From assembly GCA_951406725.2 (NCBI GenBank), contig OX597819.1:86924001-86988000 (forward strand): a DNA stretch of 64,000 nucleotides. Reading direction: 5' to 3'. This document shows, piece by piece, positions 1 through 11,612 of the stretch. The first letter of the stretch is position 1. Every line of letters begins with the position of its first letter. The position numbers and the translations under genes are program-made. The stretch comes from Octopus vulgaris. Lineage: Eukaryota. Below the pieces are notes generated by a model. It made no database searches, was not told the DNA's origin, and worked only from the letters and a program-made list of their open reading frames with translations.

Positions 1-769
1 TATGCAGAAATCAACAGTTTCATGCACGTATACCAACTATATTACTTATACAATTGAATAAAAATACAACAATCTAAAACCTAAAATAACAACCGGGTCA
101 TGGACCTGGTCGCCACAAACTTAATGTTTACTGAATAAAAAATAACCTTTGCTATAAATATCAATGCAAAAATTGAAATTGTTTCTTTGGAGAAAAGAAA
201 TGGGTGGATGTATGTTTTAATATTCGCAAATCACAATAGCTGGTTACAAAAATATCTTCTTACATGGGAACAGAGCCACACATCTATCATAGAGGAGTAT
301 AGTAGAAAAAGTATAGCGGTTTAATACATTAAGCATTCATGGAACTCCGGAAATAAAACCAGTTCTGATAGGATTTAAACGTGAACATAAACAAGACTAA
401 ATATTATAACGTATCTAATCTAATAGTCTATAGTTATTAAATAAGCGATAAGTGTATTGTAAATATTATAACATTACAATGCACTTGTCACTGCATTTAA
501 TTATATCTTAAGCTGGTTCAAGGTTTCAAATTATAGGCGAGACAAGCCTATAATAATGAGTTATCATACAAGCACAAAGCTATGTTACTAAATTGAAGGA
601 CATAATCAACTGAATCGACCTCGGAAGGATAAAAGACATTGTTGACTGAATGTAAATTTAGAAAATATCTGAAAGAAACTAAACTCTCTGATTCATTTAA
701 TAAACCATCCTTGTTCTTGTTAAAATAATTTTTTCGGTAATATCCGTTTGTTACCCTTTAAGTGACCGT

Positions 770-985
770 TTTCAGAAACATACTACAAACATACTGGATG
801 TATGCAATAGCATCTCACATATTCTGAAACCCATGGATCACTCCCTCAATTGTTCTGGTCCCTCCTACAACCTCACCAACTTTATGGTCCAAAGGTGACC
901 TAGAAACTCAGTAAACTAAGGCTCATCTTCCTATCAGGAACCTTGGCCCTAAATGCTATGAATAATTATCTTAATTCCTGTAATT
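770..985 (+). mobile_element. Degenerate 3' end of a Penelope-like (GIY-YIG) retroelement
   Basis: ctcatcttcctatcaggaaccttggccctaaatgctatgaat translates to LIFLSGTLALNAMN, resembling the PLE C-terminal LIF-x-LGTL-x-P-x-GLN motif. Confidence 0.45.
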
Positions 986-1052
986 ATGACAACCTTCCTG
1001 AAATACCACACCTTTCACCTCACGAGATTATCTGTTTTGTTTCTTGATAACA

Positions 1053-1262
1053 TATGTAGGGGTCCTGAAAAGTTTCTGGTTCTAAGGTATCGCAGAAGGC
1101 CTGGTTTGCAGCATTCAGAGTTCTTTTACAGGGCTTAGAAAAATTGAATGACTGCTGCAATAAGTGCGTGAGTCTGAAAGAGGAATATGTTGAATAAAAT
1201 CATACTTGATCCTCCTATATTTTCATTTATCCAAAGCCAGGAACTTTCAATGCCCCTTCGTA
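1053..1262 (+). mobile_element. Mariner-derived MITE
   Basis: Imperfect TIRs (ta)tgtaggggtcctgaaaagtttctggtt / aagccaggaactttcaatgccccttcg(ta). Interior resembles a mariner C-terminus (GLEKL..CCNKCVSLKEEYVE*). Related copies at 13944 and 42227. Confidence 0.75.
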
Positions 1263-2739
1263 CATTCCATATGTTTATGTATGATACACTGGTTATCTCA
1301 TACCACACTACCAGTCTGGCCATTCTACGCCCCTCCTACCACCTTTTACTACACTTAATTTATTCTATCTTTCTGTCAGACCCACGAACCGACTACATTT
1401 CTCTCAGCATTCTTTCTTCACATCGTATCCTCACTTCTTATTCAGTTCGTTTACTTCCCCATTCCTTTCTATGACTTGACCTCTTTGTTGGAGGATCTTT
1501 GTTCGAGCCGGCAAATTTTTATACTCCTTATAGCAGCTAATATTGTGATGGTTATGCTTTCTAATGCCATTAATAATGTAAGGAAAGTAGCCTTAAATGA
1601 ATACTAAAACCGCTCTTCAATCTCTACCTAACAGAAATTTATAACTGGATAGTTTTCGCTTTACTATCCTGTAGAGCTTTCTTCATATCTTTCCATACAC
1701 AAACACCTCACCTCATGTACTGTCATTTCTCTCGCTACTCTTACCACTGTTAACACTATGACCGCTACTCCCTAGAGTTGGCTGCATTTGTGTCACTTCC
1801 ACAGAGGACTCCTGTATCAAATTCCCCCTACAATACTCCTCTTGTTACCCGTATTGTCTATCCATGAGGTTCTACATTTTCCAGCACGCCAATCCTTCTT
1901 CCTTTAAACTTTATCCTGCAGGAACCCCTTCCATATGCATGTTTTTCTGCAACCGTTAACCTTTAAATATGTGATAAGGACATCTACAGTATCACCCTAT
2001 CCGGTAACAGTTTTCTTGCGAAGATGATGGACGTAGCTCCTTCCCCTAGAACAAGCCAATAATAACAAACCAGATCTAGGATCCCACAAATCTAAAGAAT
2101 ATAGGACTCGCAATTATCAATTTTCGGTTGTAGGTGAATAAATGTGGCATTTATAGAAATTCAACGTATAGCTTCTTCAATATTCATCTACCTTCAAATA
2201 ATATACAATATTATTCCTACACTACATATTTTTAAAATCTTTTGCAGCGAGATTTTTGTTATATGTTGTGTATATTTAATGAAACTACCTTTCCGTTTTC
2301 TCAGGTGTTTCCACCTCTCATTGGTTTTAAAATCAATATTATAAGTTTCATGTTCAATGTTCTTACCACTATCACCACTTATTTCGATTCTTAAATGCTT
2401 TTACTCACACTTGTCTATAGTAATGTGACTAGTTTTACTCTAAGAAAACGTGATCCATCTGTTCACTCTTTTACTGGTTCCAGCCAGCTGAACGTCATCA
2501 TATTGGAACACTGAATAAGAGGTATTTCTTTGACACTACGAATTCAAGCACGAATTTACATTAATTTACATTAGTTCGAACGCATCGGATATCATTATAT
2601 TTCAGATCAAAAGGAAAATTAATGGATGTTAATGGATTGAGACGACGAAGTGACCGATATCTTTCACTTATATGAAAGTGAAATAAACAAATATGATAAG
2701 CAGTTAGGTTTTCTAATACATACAATTTACATAAATAGC

Positions 2740-2787
<48 letters not shown>
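2740..2787 (+). repeat. (AAT)n microsatellite at the 5' junction of the R4/Dong-like LINE
   Basis: Directly visible pure AAT run. Confidence 0.95.
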
Positions 2788-2788
<1 letters not shown>

Positions 2789-5700
2789 TCAAATAAGAGA
2801 AGGGTAGATACGAGTATGATAAATAAATTAACACAAAAGATAAATTCTGTCATACCATACATCCAGACAGAGGACATAACACAAAGAAGGAATCTTCTCC
2901 GAGCCATTGCACTACTTGCTGAGGAGAAATTACAACTTAAGAAAACAAAAAAATGGTGGAGCAAAAGAATCATGGTGGAAACGACGCATTGAAAGGGACA
3001 TAATGCAGATAAGGCAAGATCTAGAAAAAATTGAGCAATGGTTAAGAGGAAAAAATGAGGAAAATACTGACTGAGAAAAATATGAGAAGATATATAAAAT
3101 ATGGGAAAACGGGTTTGATGCAGTAATAGAACAGTTAAAACAGAGGATCATGGCAAAAAGCCAAATCAGATGATTTGTGAACAGAAATAAACAGCTCGAG
3201 GAGAACAGATTGTCCAAAAATATTCCGAAGCAATTATTCCGAACGTTAAACGGAGACAATGGGGAAAATGTTGCTTCTGATGCAAATCAAGCCAAGGAGT
3301 TCTGGAGCGGATAATGGGGAAACAATGTGGTGCATAAAAGGGATGCAATGTGGATCGGAACTATCAAGATAGAATTACAAGGAGGAAAGAAACAAAGGAA
3401 TATTTTCATAAGCACGAGTGATGTGAAAGAACAAATGGGTAAAGTACCTGACTGAAAAGCCCCCAGACTAGATGGGATTCATGGCTTTTGGCTGATGAGA
3501 TGCCACGCGGCACATGAAAGACTAGCAGCCCAATTGAATGAGGTGTGTCCAGAAAGGTACAGTCTCCGCGTGGATGGTGACTGGAAGGACAACACTTATG
3601 ATGAAAGATAGAAGAAAGGGGAATATTGTGTTAAACTACCGTCCCAGAGCATGCCTAAGCATAGTCTGGAAGAAACTCGCTGGAATATTTGCGGCAAAGA
3701 CAAATACTTTCCTGGTGTTGGAAGAAATACTACCAAGGGAACAAAAAGGATGTAGGAAGAATTCTCAGAGTACCAAGGATCACCTGGTCATCGATAAACA
3801 GCTTTGAGGCATTCTAAAAACATCATACAAACATGTTCATGGCTTGGATTGGCTTTAAGAAGGCATATGATATGATGCCGCATTCTTGGATCGCTGCATT
3901 GCCTGCAGGTATTTGGTGTTTCTGACAACATTGCAAATTTTCTGATGCATAGCATGAAAGAGTGAAAGACCAAGTTGTACTCAAGTAATGTATTCCTTGA
4001 AGAAGTTAATATTAAAAGGGGAATATTCCAAGCTAACTTGTTTTCTCCGTTGCTATTTGTAATTTCACTAACACCCATAACAATGACACTTAGGAAAGTT
4101 AAGATGGGTTACCGATGCGAGAAGAAAATCCAATCATTGAACCATCTTCTGTATATGGATGACCTGAAATTGTCAGAGTAATCTGAAAAGCAGATAGATT
4201 TCTTAACCAAAATAGTCCAGAAGTGTTGTAGAGACATCGCTATGGAATTTGGGATTACCAAATGCTCAGTATTTAGAATCGAAAGATGGAAGAGAGCAGC
4301 CTGCAGAGGATTGCGGTTACCATCAGGAGAGACCATGGGTGAGCCCGACGGTAGTGGGTATAGATATTTAGGAATTTTGGAGTTGGATGACACTCTTCAT
4401 AGAGAAATGAAAGTCAAGGTCAGCGAGACATATCAAAAAAAGGTGGAGATGGTGTTGAAATCCAACTTGATATGCCAATAATTTGATTACCGCAATGAAT
4501 ATCTGGGCAATTGCGGTGGTCAGATATAGTGCGTCCATCCTCAAATGTACTAAGGAGGAAATATCAAAATTGGATAGAAGGTCGAGAAAGCTGATGACGC
4601 TGAATTGAGCTATACCCTAAAGCAAATGTAAACAGGCTCTATATGAAAAGAAAGAATGGTGGCAGAGGACTAATTAGTATAGACCATTGTATAAGGAGTG
4701 AAAGGAAAACGCTTGCCGAGTATTTGATAAATACTGATGAAGACCTGCTGCCAAATGCCGCGAAAGATATGGGTGTAAATGCAAATGAAATTATGGACAA
4801 GGAAGAGTTTTACCGAAGAGCTGAAGAGAGAGGAAGACCTTCTTGAAATGAGAATGCATGAACTGTTTGAAAGGAATACACAAAACGTTAAGGATGACAC
4901 AGCACCTTGGGCATGACTTGAGCGAGGTGATCTAAAGGGTACCACCGAAAGCATGATCATTGCTGCACAAGACCAAGATTTCGCTACCAATTTAGTGAAG
5001 TATAACATCTATAAAACTCCTGACACCCAGAAATGCAGACTGTGAAAAGAGTATCGAAAATGTGACCTGTTTGGTAAATGGATGTGAGAGCCTTTCACAA
5101 AAAGAATGCAAGTGCCGCCACGATAGTTAAGTTAATTTTTTTGGCTCAGAAAGCAAAAAGCAAGGCCATGTAGGGGGACATGGAGTTATGTACAGGGAGG
5201 GTGTTCATGCAAAGAGTTCAGGCCATTTCTGGTCAAGAGAGACTTTGAACCGAGCGGTCGTCGGCATTTTCACTATCTCGTCCGGCAGCTTATTCCACGG
5301 ATCCGCAACCCGGACGGAGAAAGTCCCTCTCCTTCGATTGAGATGAAATCGTCGCAGATAAAAATGTGTATGCATCTTCATTGGCTCTTATGCTGTAAAT
5401 ACCAATATGAAGTAACAGTATGAGCATGTATCAAGTAAAGTTATGCAGGAGGATGGAAAAGTAACGACACTCTGCGACTATGATTTTCAGACGGATCGTG
5501 TAATCGAACACCGTCTGCAAGACATTTTCATATTGAATAAGAGAAACAAATGCCGTCAGATCATTGATGTAGCCATACTAAATGACATGAATGTTGTGAG
5601 TAAAGAGGTTGAAAAAAATCACCAAGTACTTCGAATTGAAAGTGGAAATGGCAAGACTATGAAATGCGAGAGGATAATGTAAAAGTGATACCAGTGGTGA

Positions 5701-5907
5701 TCGGACCGTTGGGTTCAATCCCATTGAAACTTCAAAGCTTCTTAAGGTAACTGGAAATCCCATGCAAGATTGATGTCTTGCAAAAAAACAACCTTATTGG
5801 GCACAGAGTGCATCTTAAGGAAAGTATTGTCTGCCTGAGAGCCTTGTTGTGACTTGACAGATGACTAAAGACTCCGGTGCATTTATACCTACATTGTGTT
5901 ACAAAGG
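2788..5907 (+). mobile_element. 5'-truncated, decayed RLE-type non-LTR retrotransposon (R4/Dong/Hero-like): RT plus restriction-like endonuclease
   Basis: Frameshifted motifs in order: NYRP.ACL, EQKGCRKNSQSTKDHLVIDK, FKKAYD, RGIFQ..LFSPLLF, HLLYMDDLKL, MEFGITKC, YRYLG, KRKNGGRGL, RHD, DYDFQTD.VIEHRLQDI, IIDVA, PVVIGPLG. Stop at about 5838, then a short 3' UTR and (AAT)/(GAT)n. Confidence 0.9.
5126..5360 (-). mobile_element. CR1-type LINE 3' fragment nested in the R4/Dong-like element
   Basis: Minus strand reads YLRRFHLNRRRGTFSVRVADPWNKLPDEIVKMPTTARFKVSLDQKWPELFA*, the CR1 ORF2 C-terminal FS.RV...WN.LP motif. It interrupts the host RHD|KMCMHLHW, with gata on both sides. Confidence 0.85.
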
Positions 5908-5917
5908 AATAATAATA

Positions 5918-5954
<37 letters not shown>

Positions 5955-5973
5955 CAACGACGACAACAACAGC

Positions 5974-6018
<45 letters not shown>
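5908..6018 (+). repeat. Compound (AAT)n/(GAT)n/(AAC)n microsatellite between two LINEs
   Basis: Directly visible. Confidence 0.95.
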
Positions 6019-6019
<1 letters not shown>

Positions 6020-7080
6020 GTGGACAGAGAAGGAGCTAAAGGAGTTAGACAGGAAGACAAGAAAGGTCCTAACGATGCATGGAGCCCATCATCCACGTGC
6101 AGTCACTAGTCGCCTATACATGAAGTGAGCAAATGGACGAAGAGGACTAATAAGTGTGGAAGACTGCGTACATATGGAACACGAGAGCTTAATGAGATAC
6201 CCATCGCAAAGTAAAGAAACCTTGCTAGTGTTAGTTAAGAATGAGGAAGTATTGAAAGGAGAGAAAAAAATGAAAAACAAAGGAAGAACCATTACCCAAC
6301 AAGGGACTACACTATTAATTCCATGTAGCCACAACAGAAGTTCCTAGAAACATAGTTGGGATTGACCAAAATTTGGCCACGAATTGGAGGGTCAACCTTA
6401 AAAATGTGCAAGTGTCTCCGCTGTGCTGCATCCGTAATAGAGTGGATGAAACCGTTGCCGATATCATGAACGAATGCCATAGACTTGTCCAAAACCACTA
6501 CAAATTGTGGCGACACGACTAGGTAGCGAAAGTGCTGCATTGGAGACTGTGCGAAAAATGGGGATAAAGAGAGTTAAGACGGGGTGTGAGTACAAACCGC
6601 AGGGAGTGGCAGAGTCTCTTGTTGGAGACTTGTAAAATTCTCTGGGATTTCTCAATCCAAACAGATCAGGTACTAGAGCATAACAGACCGGACCTAGTGG
6701 TGGTTGACAAGTTGCATCATATGTACTATATAATTGATATTAATTTCCTTTTGAAGCACGAATAGTCAAGAAGGAAAGCGAAAGAGCAGATTAATGCAAC
6801 CCTCTTAAGTACGAAATAGCTATGAAATGAAGAAGGTGAAGATAGAGCCAATTATAGTTGGATCCTTGGGGACAGCATCAGAAGGCATCGAGAGGAGCAT
6901 AAAGGAAACCGAAATAGAGTACCCAGTAAAACTGTTACAAAGTGTTTGCCTCCTTGGCACAGCCAGAATAATCAGGAAAGTATTAGATAATTGAAAAGAA
7001 CGGATAGCATGGTACCGTAAGCTGCAGGCTGCAAGCCCGCTACACACTCAAGACTCCAGGAGTTCCAACAAAACCTGAGA
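6019..7080 (+). mobile_element. Second 5'-truncated R4/Dong-like RLE LINE (diverged subfamily)
   Basis: GRRGLISVEDCV, KCLRCA-like zinc knuckle, WRHD*VAKVLHW, LWDFSIQTDQVLEHNRPDLVVVD, PIIVGSLG, LQSVCLLGTARIIRKVL. Begins right after (AAT)n and ends in taataagaaataataat(gat)n. Confidence 0.88.
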
Positions 7081-7095
7081 TAATAAGAAATAATA

Positions 7096-7139
<44 letters not shown>

Positions 7140-7473
7140 ATTGACGACGACGACGATGATGATGATGATGATGATGATGCTGATGATGAATTTTTGCTGA
7201 GTAGGTTGGCTCAAGATCTGTGGGGCTCCTTAGTTGCCCCTTGTTGAGTATTTCTCCTATTGGGGAATTTGTTAGAATTTGTTAAATTCTTTTATGTGAA
7301 CTGTTATTGTTTCTAGTGTTTACACATTTCTGTGTAAACTGCTCTTTGTTTTTGTCAGGTCCAAAATGTTTTGGTAGCCCCAGTGGCCAATAAAAAGGAA
7401 TTAGAATAATATAGTATTGTTACCTAACATTTCTTTTCCTCTTATAGAACAATAATTAAACTTATTTGTCTCA

Positions 7474-7486
7474 CAGCAGCGGCAGC

Positions 7487-7540
<54 letters not shown>
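7474..7540. repeat. (GCA)/(GTA)n microsatellite 8 nt inside the intron after the 7549 donor
   Basis: Directly visible. Confidence 0.95.
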
Positions 7541-7541
<1 letters not shown>

Positions 7542-7548
7542 AACTTAC

Positions 7549-7812
7549 ACATCGTAGCAATAGTGATGAGTTTGACCACAGAATCTGGTGGGTCGCAATT
7601 TTCGTAAAAAGGTTTTGCAGCGTATGTTCCCAATGATAAACTGATTACAGCAAACATGGTTGGTCGGATAATGAATAGACCAACCCAGTCAAATAGAAAA
7701 CATGGTATTCGGCCGAAAATCTTGCCCAGCGGACTATAAGCGAATAGAAAGTAGGCGTGTTCTGCTCCAGATTTCGGCACACATGTTCCAAGTTCGGCAT
7801 AACTTAGAGCTC
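7549..7812 (-). CDS. SLC7A9: Internal coding exon of an SLC7 (LAT/HAT light chain) amino-acid transporter, b(0,+)AT-like
   Basis: Encodes (G)ALSYAELGTCVPKSGAEHAYFLFAYSPLGKIFGRIPCFLFDWVGLFIIRPTMFAVISLSLGTYAAKPFYENCDPPDSVVKLITIATM, containing the SLC7 GAL-x-YAELG...KSG motif. Acceptor ttttacag|GA at 7813/7812, donor T|gtaagt at 7549/7548; 264 nt, phase 1-1. Family is secure; exact orthology to SLC7A9 is not. Confidence 0.92.
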
Positions 7813-9233
7813 CTGTAAAATATAAAAAAAAAGAGAGAACAAATAAAGGATACACGCATACCCACGTACCATATCATATACAAACACATATATATATATA
7901 TTTATATTCATGTCTGAGAGAGAGAGGGAGGGGAGAGAGAGAAAGAGAGAGGGGGAGGATACATAGATGGATAAAAAGAAATGATGTAAACAAAATATTT
8001 TGATGCTATATTTTTTTCTTGTATAAAACACCAAGGCACTCATTACCAATTATGCAGAAGTGTAATGTATATTCATATTCTGTGTCTGCAGCAAATTCTC
8101 TATGATGGCTTTATTACTAATATCGGTAATTTCTCATAATGATCTTCAGCGCACACTTTCGTAGTTGGTGAAGTAAAACTTAAGACAGCGGCCCGTCAAA
8201 TGATGTGTGACATCCCTATTGATGTGTATATTAATCCATGAAGTATACAGAAAATTCATTCCACGGTCGGCGTCAGAAAGGAAACTGATACAAGTAGGTA
8301 TTCAGATGACGGACATGTGGATATAAAGCACAATGTAACTTGGACTGTATATTTCATATTTTTGTAATTTTGTAAAGAGAGCATTTTTCATAAATTGCGG
8401 GTATTTATGTGGCATCCCTTCTTTTCTGAAGCTATTAGCATCAAATGGAATTGGCTTCGACCAGTAGTGCAATCTAGGTTGCAGAATCGGAACTTCATCA
8501 TAGTATCCTGTACTCTACGGTCCATGCTCGATATAAAAATATTAATAGGTTTCGTATTTAAAAATGAAGCTAACAAAATCACTTCAGTAAGAGAAAAATA
8601 AACTTATCCAATTACTTAAGGATATCCAGCCCTACAACGTTCTATGTCAACTGTAATAAGACATTATGTATATAAACTCATATGATAGAAAGACATAGTG
8701 TAGTGTGGACAGTGTTATGCAGATACACTGTGAAACATGAACGTTGTCCTTGGGTATCGATTGTTATTTCCAATTTGCTTATCCCTAGAAACTTTGAAAA
8801 ATGGTTCGTATTACCTTCAAATTTTGCTTTTGTTACATTTATTCAAACCCCAAAGAATCCCTCTCAACACATGCCTATGATGCTTCTCCACTACTCCTGC
8901 TCATGATCAGAGATGCATACATTGCCAGCCACTAAGGGACATGTTCAGGTGGTTAAGATCAAGAAACTGACAAGCAAATCAGTGGAATCGAGCATTCGCT
9001 ATAGCGATATTCCTGCTTCAGCAACTCAGAGCTGAATCTGTTTTGTAATGGAAAATAGGGGATTTTCAAAACATTGATGTCCAAGTCGCAAAAGCAAAGT
9101 TTGAAGGAAATATCTGTAATTTCCTTTGATTTCTAGATAGAAGCAATTAAGAAATAACGCTTACTGACCAAAAACAAAAAAAGTAAAAATTTTGTTACAC
9201 AGTGTAATTTCGTAACCTAATGGTTGTTGGTTG

Positions 9234-9460
9234 GGCTGCCAGAAACGTTAGCACGCCGGGTGAAATGCTTAGCGGTATTTCGTCTGCCGCTATGCTCTGA
9301 GTTCAAATTCCGTCGAGGTCGACTTTGCCTTTCATCCTTTCGGGGTGTCGATTAAATAAGTACCAGTTATGCACTGAGGTCGATATAATGGACTTAATCC
9401 GTTTGTCTGTCCTTGTTTGTCCCCTCTATATTTAGCCCCTTGTGGGTAATAAAGAAATAG
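9234..9460 (+). mobile_element. tRNA-derived SINE family A
   Basis: agaaacgttagcacgccggg...gagttcaaattcc (B-box-like)...gtcgactttgcctttcatcc...aaagaaata; near-identical to the copies at 11061, 35069 and 36037. Confidence 0.9.
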
Positions 9461-9979
9461 GTTATGACATTAACATAAGGCCGATTTCTAAGAGTTGCTT
9501 ATCTTGAAGTTGAGTTGTTTACTGCTATTATTGATTTACTATTAAATTGGTTTACCAAAATGTATATAAATAAAAGTAATAGTGCGTTTTAAATAAAACA
9601 CTTTGTATTACTTTCCTTTACTCGTTTCGGAAAGAGGGAATAGTACAAAGAGTGAAGTTCCCGTCAAATACTGTGACAGTTAACTTTGTACTCTTTGTTT
9701 TCAATGAACTATTCCACTCCAATAAACATATGTGATATCCTGCCAATATTACATCTTAACCTTTTATTATCATTATTTGATCTTTATAATGAATCACCTA
9801 ATTCTGATGAATTAATTGTAAAAGACTTAAATATCGTGAATGAAAGTGTCGATGCACACGAATATTCCACTTTTTTTCGATTGGGTACAAAGTCCAAAGA
9901 ATGTAGGGAAGACTTTTTTAATTGATCGTTTTAATAGTATTATAAGCATTATATTTATGGTACTTAATTATTGTTCTTT

Positions 9980-10150
9980 AGTCCCTGAGCTAGCTCTGAC
10001 AGATCAAACCTATGAGCAAAGACATTCCAGATTTTACCACAGTTTTGTCCTTTTTCCATTTTGTTTTTATTAAGGATTACACGGTCTAATATGTCCCTTC
10101 GATTTTGAAGACAATATGTGATTTGAGAGAGATTTGGCTGCTATTTCTAA
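9980..10150 (-). mobile_element. Degenerate interspersed repeat (SINE-like), related copy near 12360-12535
   Basis: Shared segments cattccag...ttac...tgtcc...ttgagagagatttggctgctatttc between the two loci. Confidence 0.45.
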
Positions 10151-11060
10151 AAACATTTGAACGATACTACAGAGAAGTTTCCTCGTTATTTCGTGGTATT
10201 TATATTATTGATCATGGAAGCATAAATAGAAAAGTAGCTGTTAGAAAAACATTGAATTTTTTTTTTATTTCATCTAGTTTCAGCTCACGAGCTGTGGCCA
10301 TGCTGGGGCACCGCCAATTAGTCACGTTACCTTTTCGAGTTCCGTTTTCTTATCTGTTAACCATATTCACTACAGCGGACGATGATCCCCCCCAAAAAAA
10401 AATTGAACAAATGCATCCAGCTTTGAAACAAGTTTACACATCAGAGACTTGGATACTTTACAGCTTCAACTTCTTTCTTTTAAAAGGAAGGATGTGTTTG
10501 TTTTTGTATCGAGCCTAGTATTTGGCTCGGAGTTTATTTCATAGAACCCAGACTGATGAGAAACAAATTCTAACACAGAAAGGATCTGAACTCAGAATGT
10601 GAATAGTCATAACTAAATCCTATAAAGCATTTTTCACTCGCTTCAATAATGTTGCCAAACCATCACCATCAGAAAAAAGAAATATTAGTGTCGAGTTTGA
10701 TATGTCTTTAATTATCGGTGAAAATTGCGTTTTGAGATAACCGATAAGAATAGAATTCATCGTTTTTTATGCAGCAAGAAGTAAATTGCTGAATAACGGC
10801 CAGGATAAGCATGGTTAGTATCATCCAACTTGTACTTTTACTGCAACTGAAAGTATATCAGTGTGAAAATTTTGACACTGATACCATATCTACCATTTAT
10901 GTTTAGGTAGTGTGATAAACACACATTCACTGATAACTAGTAAACCCTCAAAAATCATTCAGGCATCCAATAAGATGACAAATATGTACGTCTTTGTATA
11001 ATCACTGATTCCCATCGCCTTTGGTGATAAGCAACTGTAGGAATGTGTTGCCCTTAATAG

Positions 11061-11290
11061 GGCGGCGAGCTGGCAGAAACTTTAGCACGCCGGGCGAAAT
11101 GCGTAGCCGTATTTCGTCTGTCGTTACGTTCTGAGTTCAAATTTCGCCGAGGTCGACTTTGCCTTTCATCCTTTCGGGGTCGATAAATAAAGTACCAATT
11201 TCCCACTGGAGTCGATGTAACCGACTTAATTCCTTTGTCTGTCCTTGTTTGTCCCCTCTATGTTTAGCCCCTTGTGAGCAGTAAAGAAAT
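11061..11290 (+). mobile_element. SINE family A, full length
   Basis: ggcggcgagctggcagaaac...gagttcaaatt...gtaaagaaat. Confidence 0.92.
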
Positions 11291-11510
11291 ACTTAATTAC
11301 AAACTGAATATTCGTTCTACATTATATTTTTGCTGCTTGAAAAGTACATTTCTTTCCTGATAGCACTAATTTCTGAAAAGAAAGTAGAAATATATGACGT
11401 AGTTGTTTCACAACTTCTAAATCTTCCAATAAAAAGTAAGACAGGACTCGAAAAATTGACGACTCATAATATCCTCGAAGAAGAAAACGAAATCATTTGA
11501 AAATTCTTAC

Positions 11511-11612
11511 CAAATGTTGCCAATACTCCACATCCTGCCCACACAATCAAACTAAGAGCAACAGACCCTGAATTCGAAAGGACTCCTTTCGGTGAAATGA
11601 AAATTCCAGAAC
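11511..11612 (-). CDS. SLC7A9: Upstream coding exon of the same SLC7 transporter (TM1-TM2 region)
   Basis: Encodes (G)[33 protein letters not shown](G), with the hallmark GSGIF-x-SPKGVL motif. Acceptor ttttattgcag|GT, donor G|gtaaga; 102 nt, phase 1-1; joins in frame to GALSYAELG. Absent from the ORF track. Confidence 0.93.

Noticed and set aside
7442-7855. The 137-aa ORF as a complete single-exon protein
   Set aside because: Only 7549-7812 is SLC7-like and is bounded by splice sites; the ends are a polypyrimidine tract and an (ACT)n repeat.
10553-10570. Hammerhead at ctgatgagaaac
   Set aside because: No stem II between CUGAUGA and GAAA and no UH/stem I pairing.
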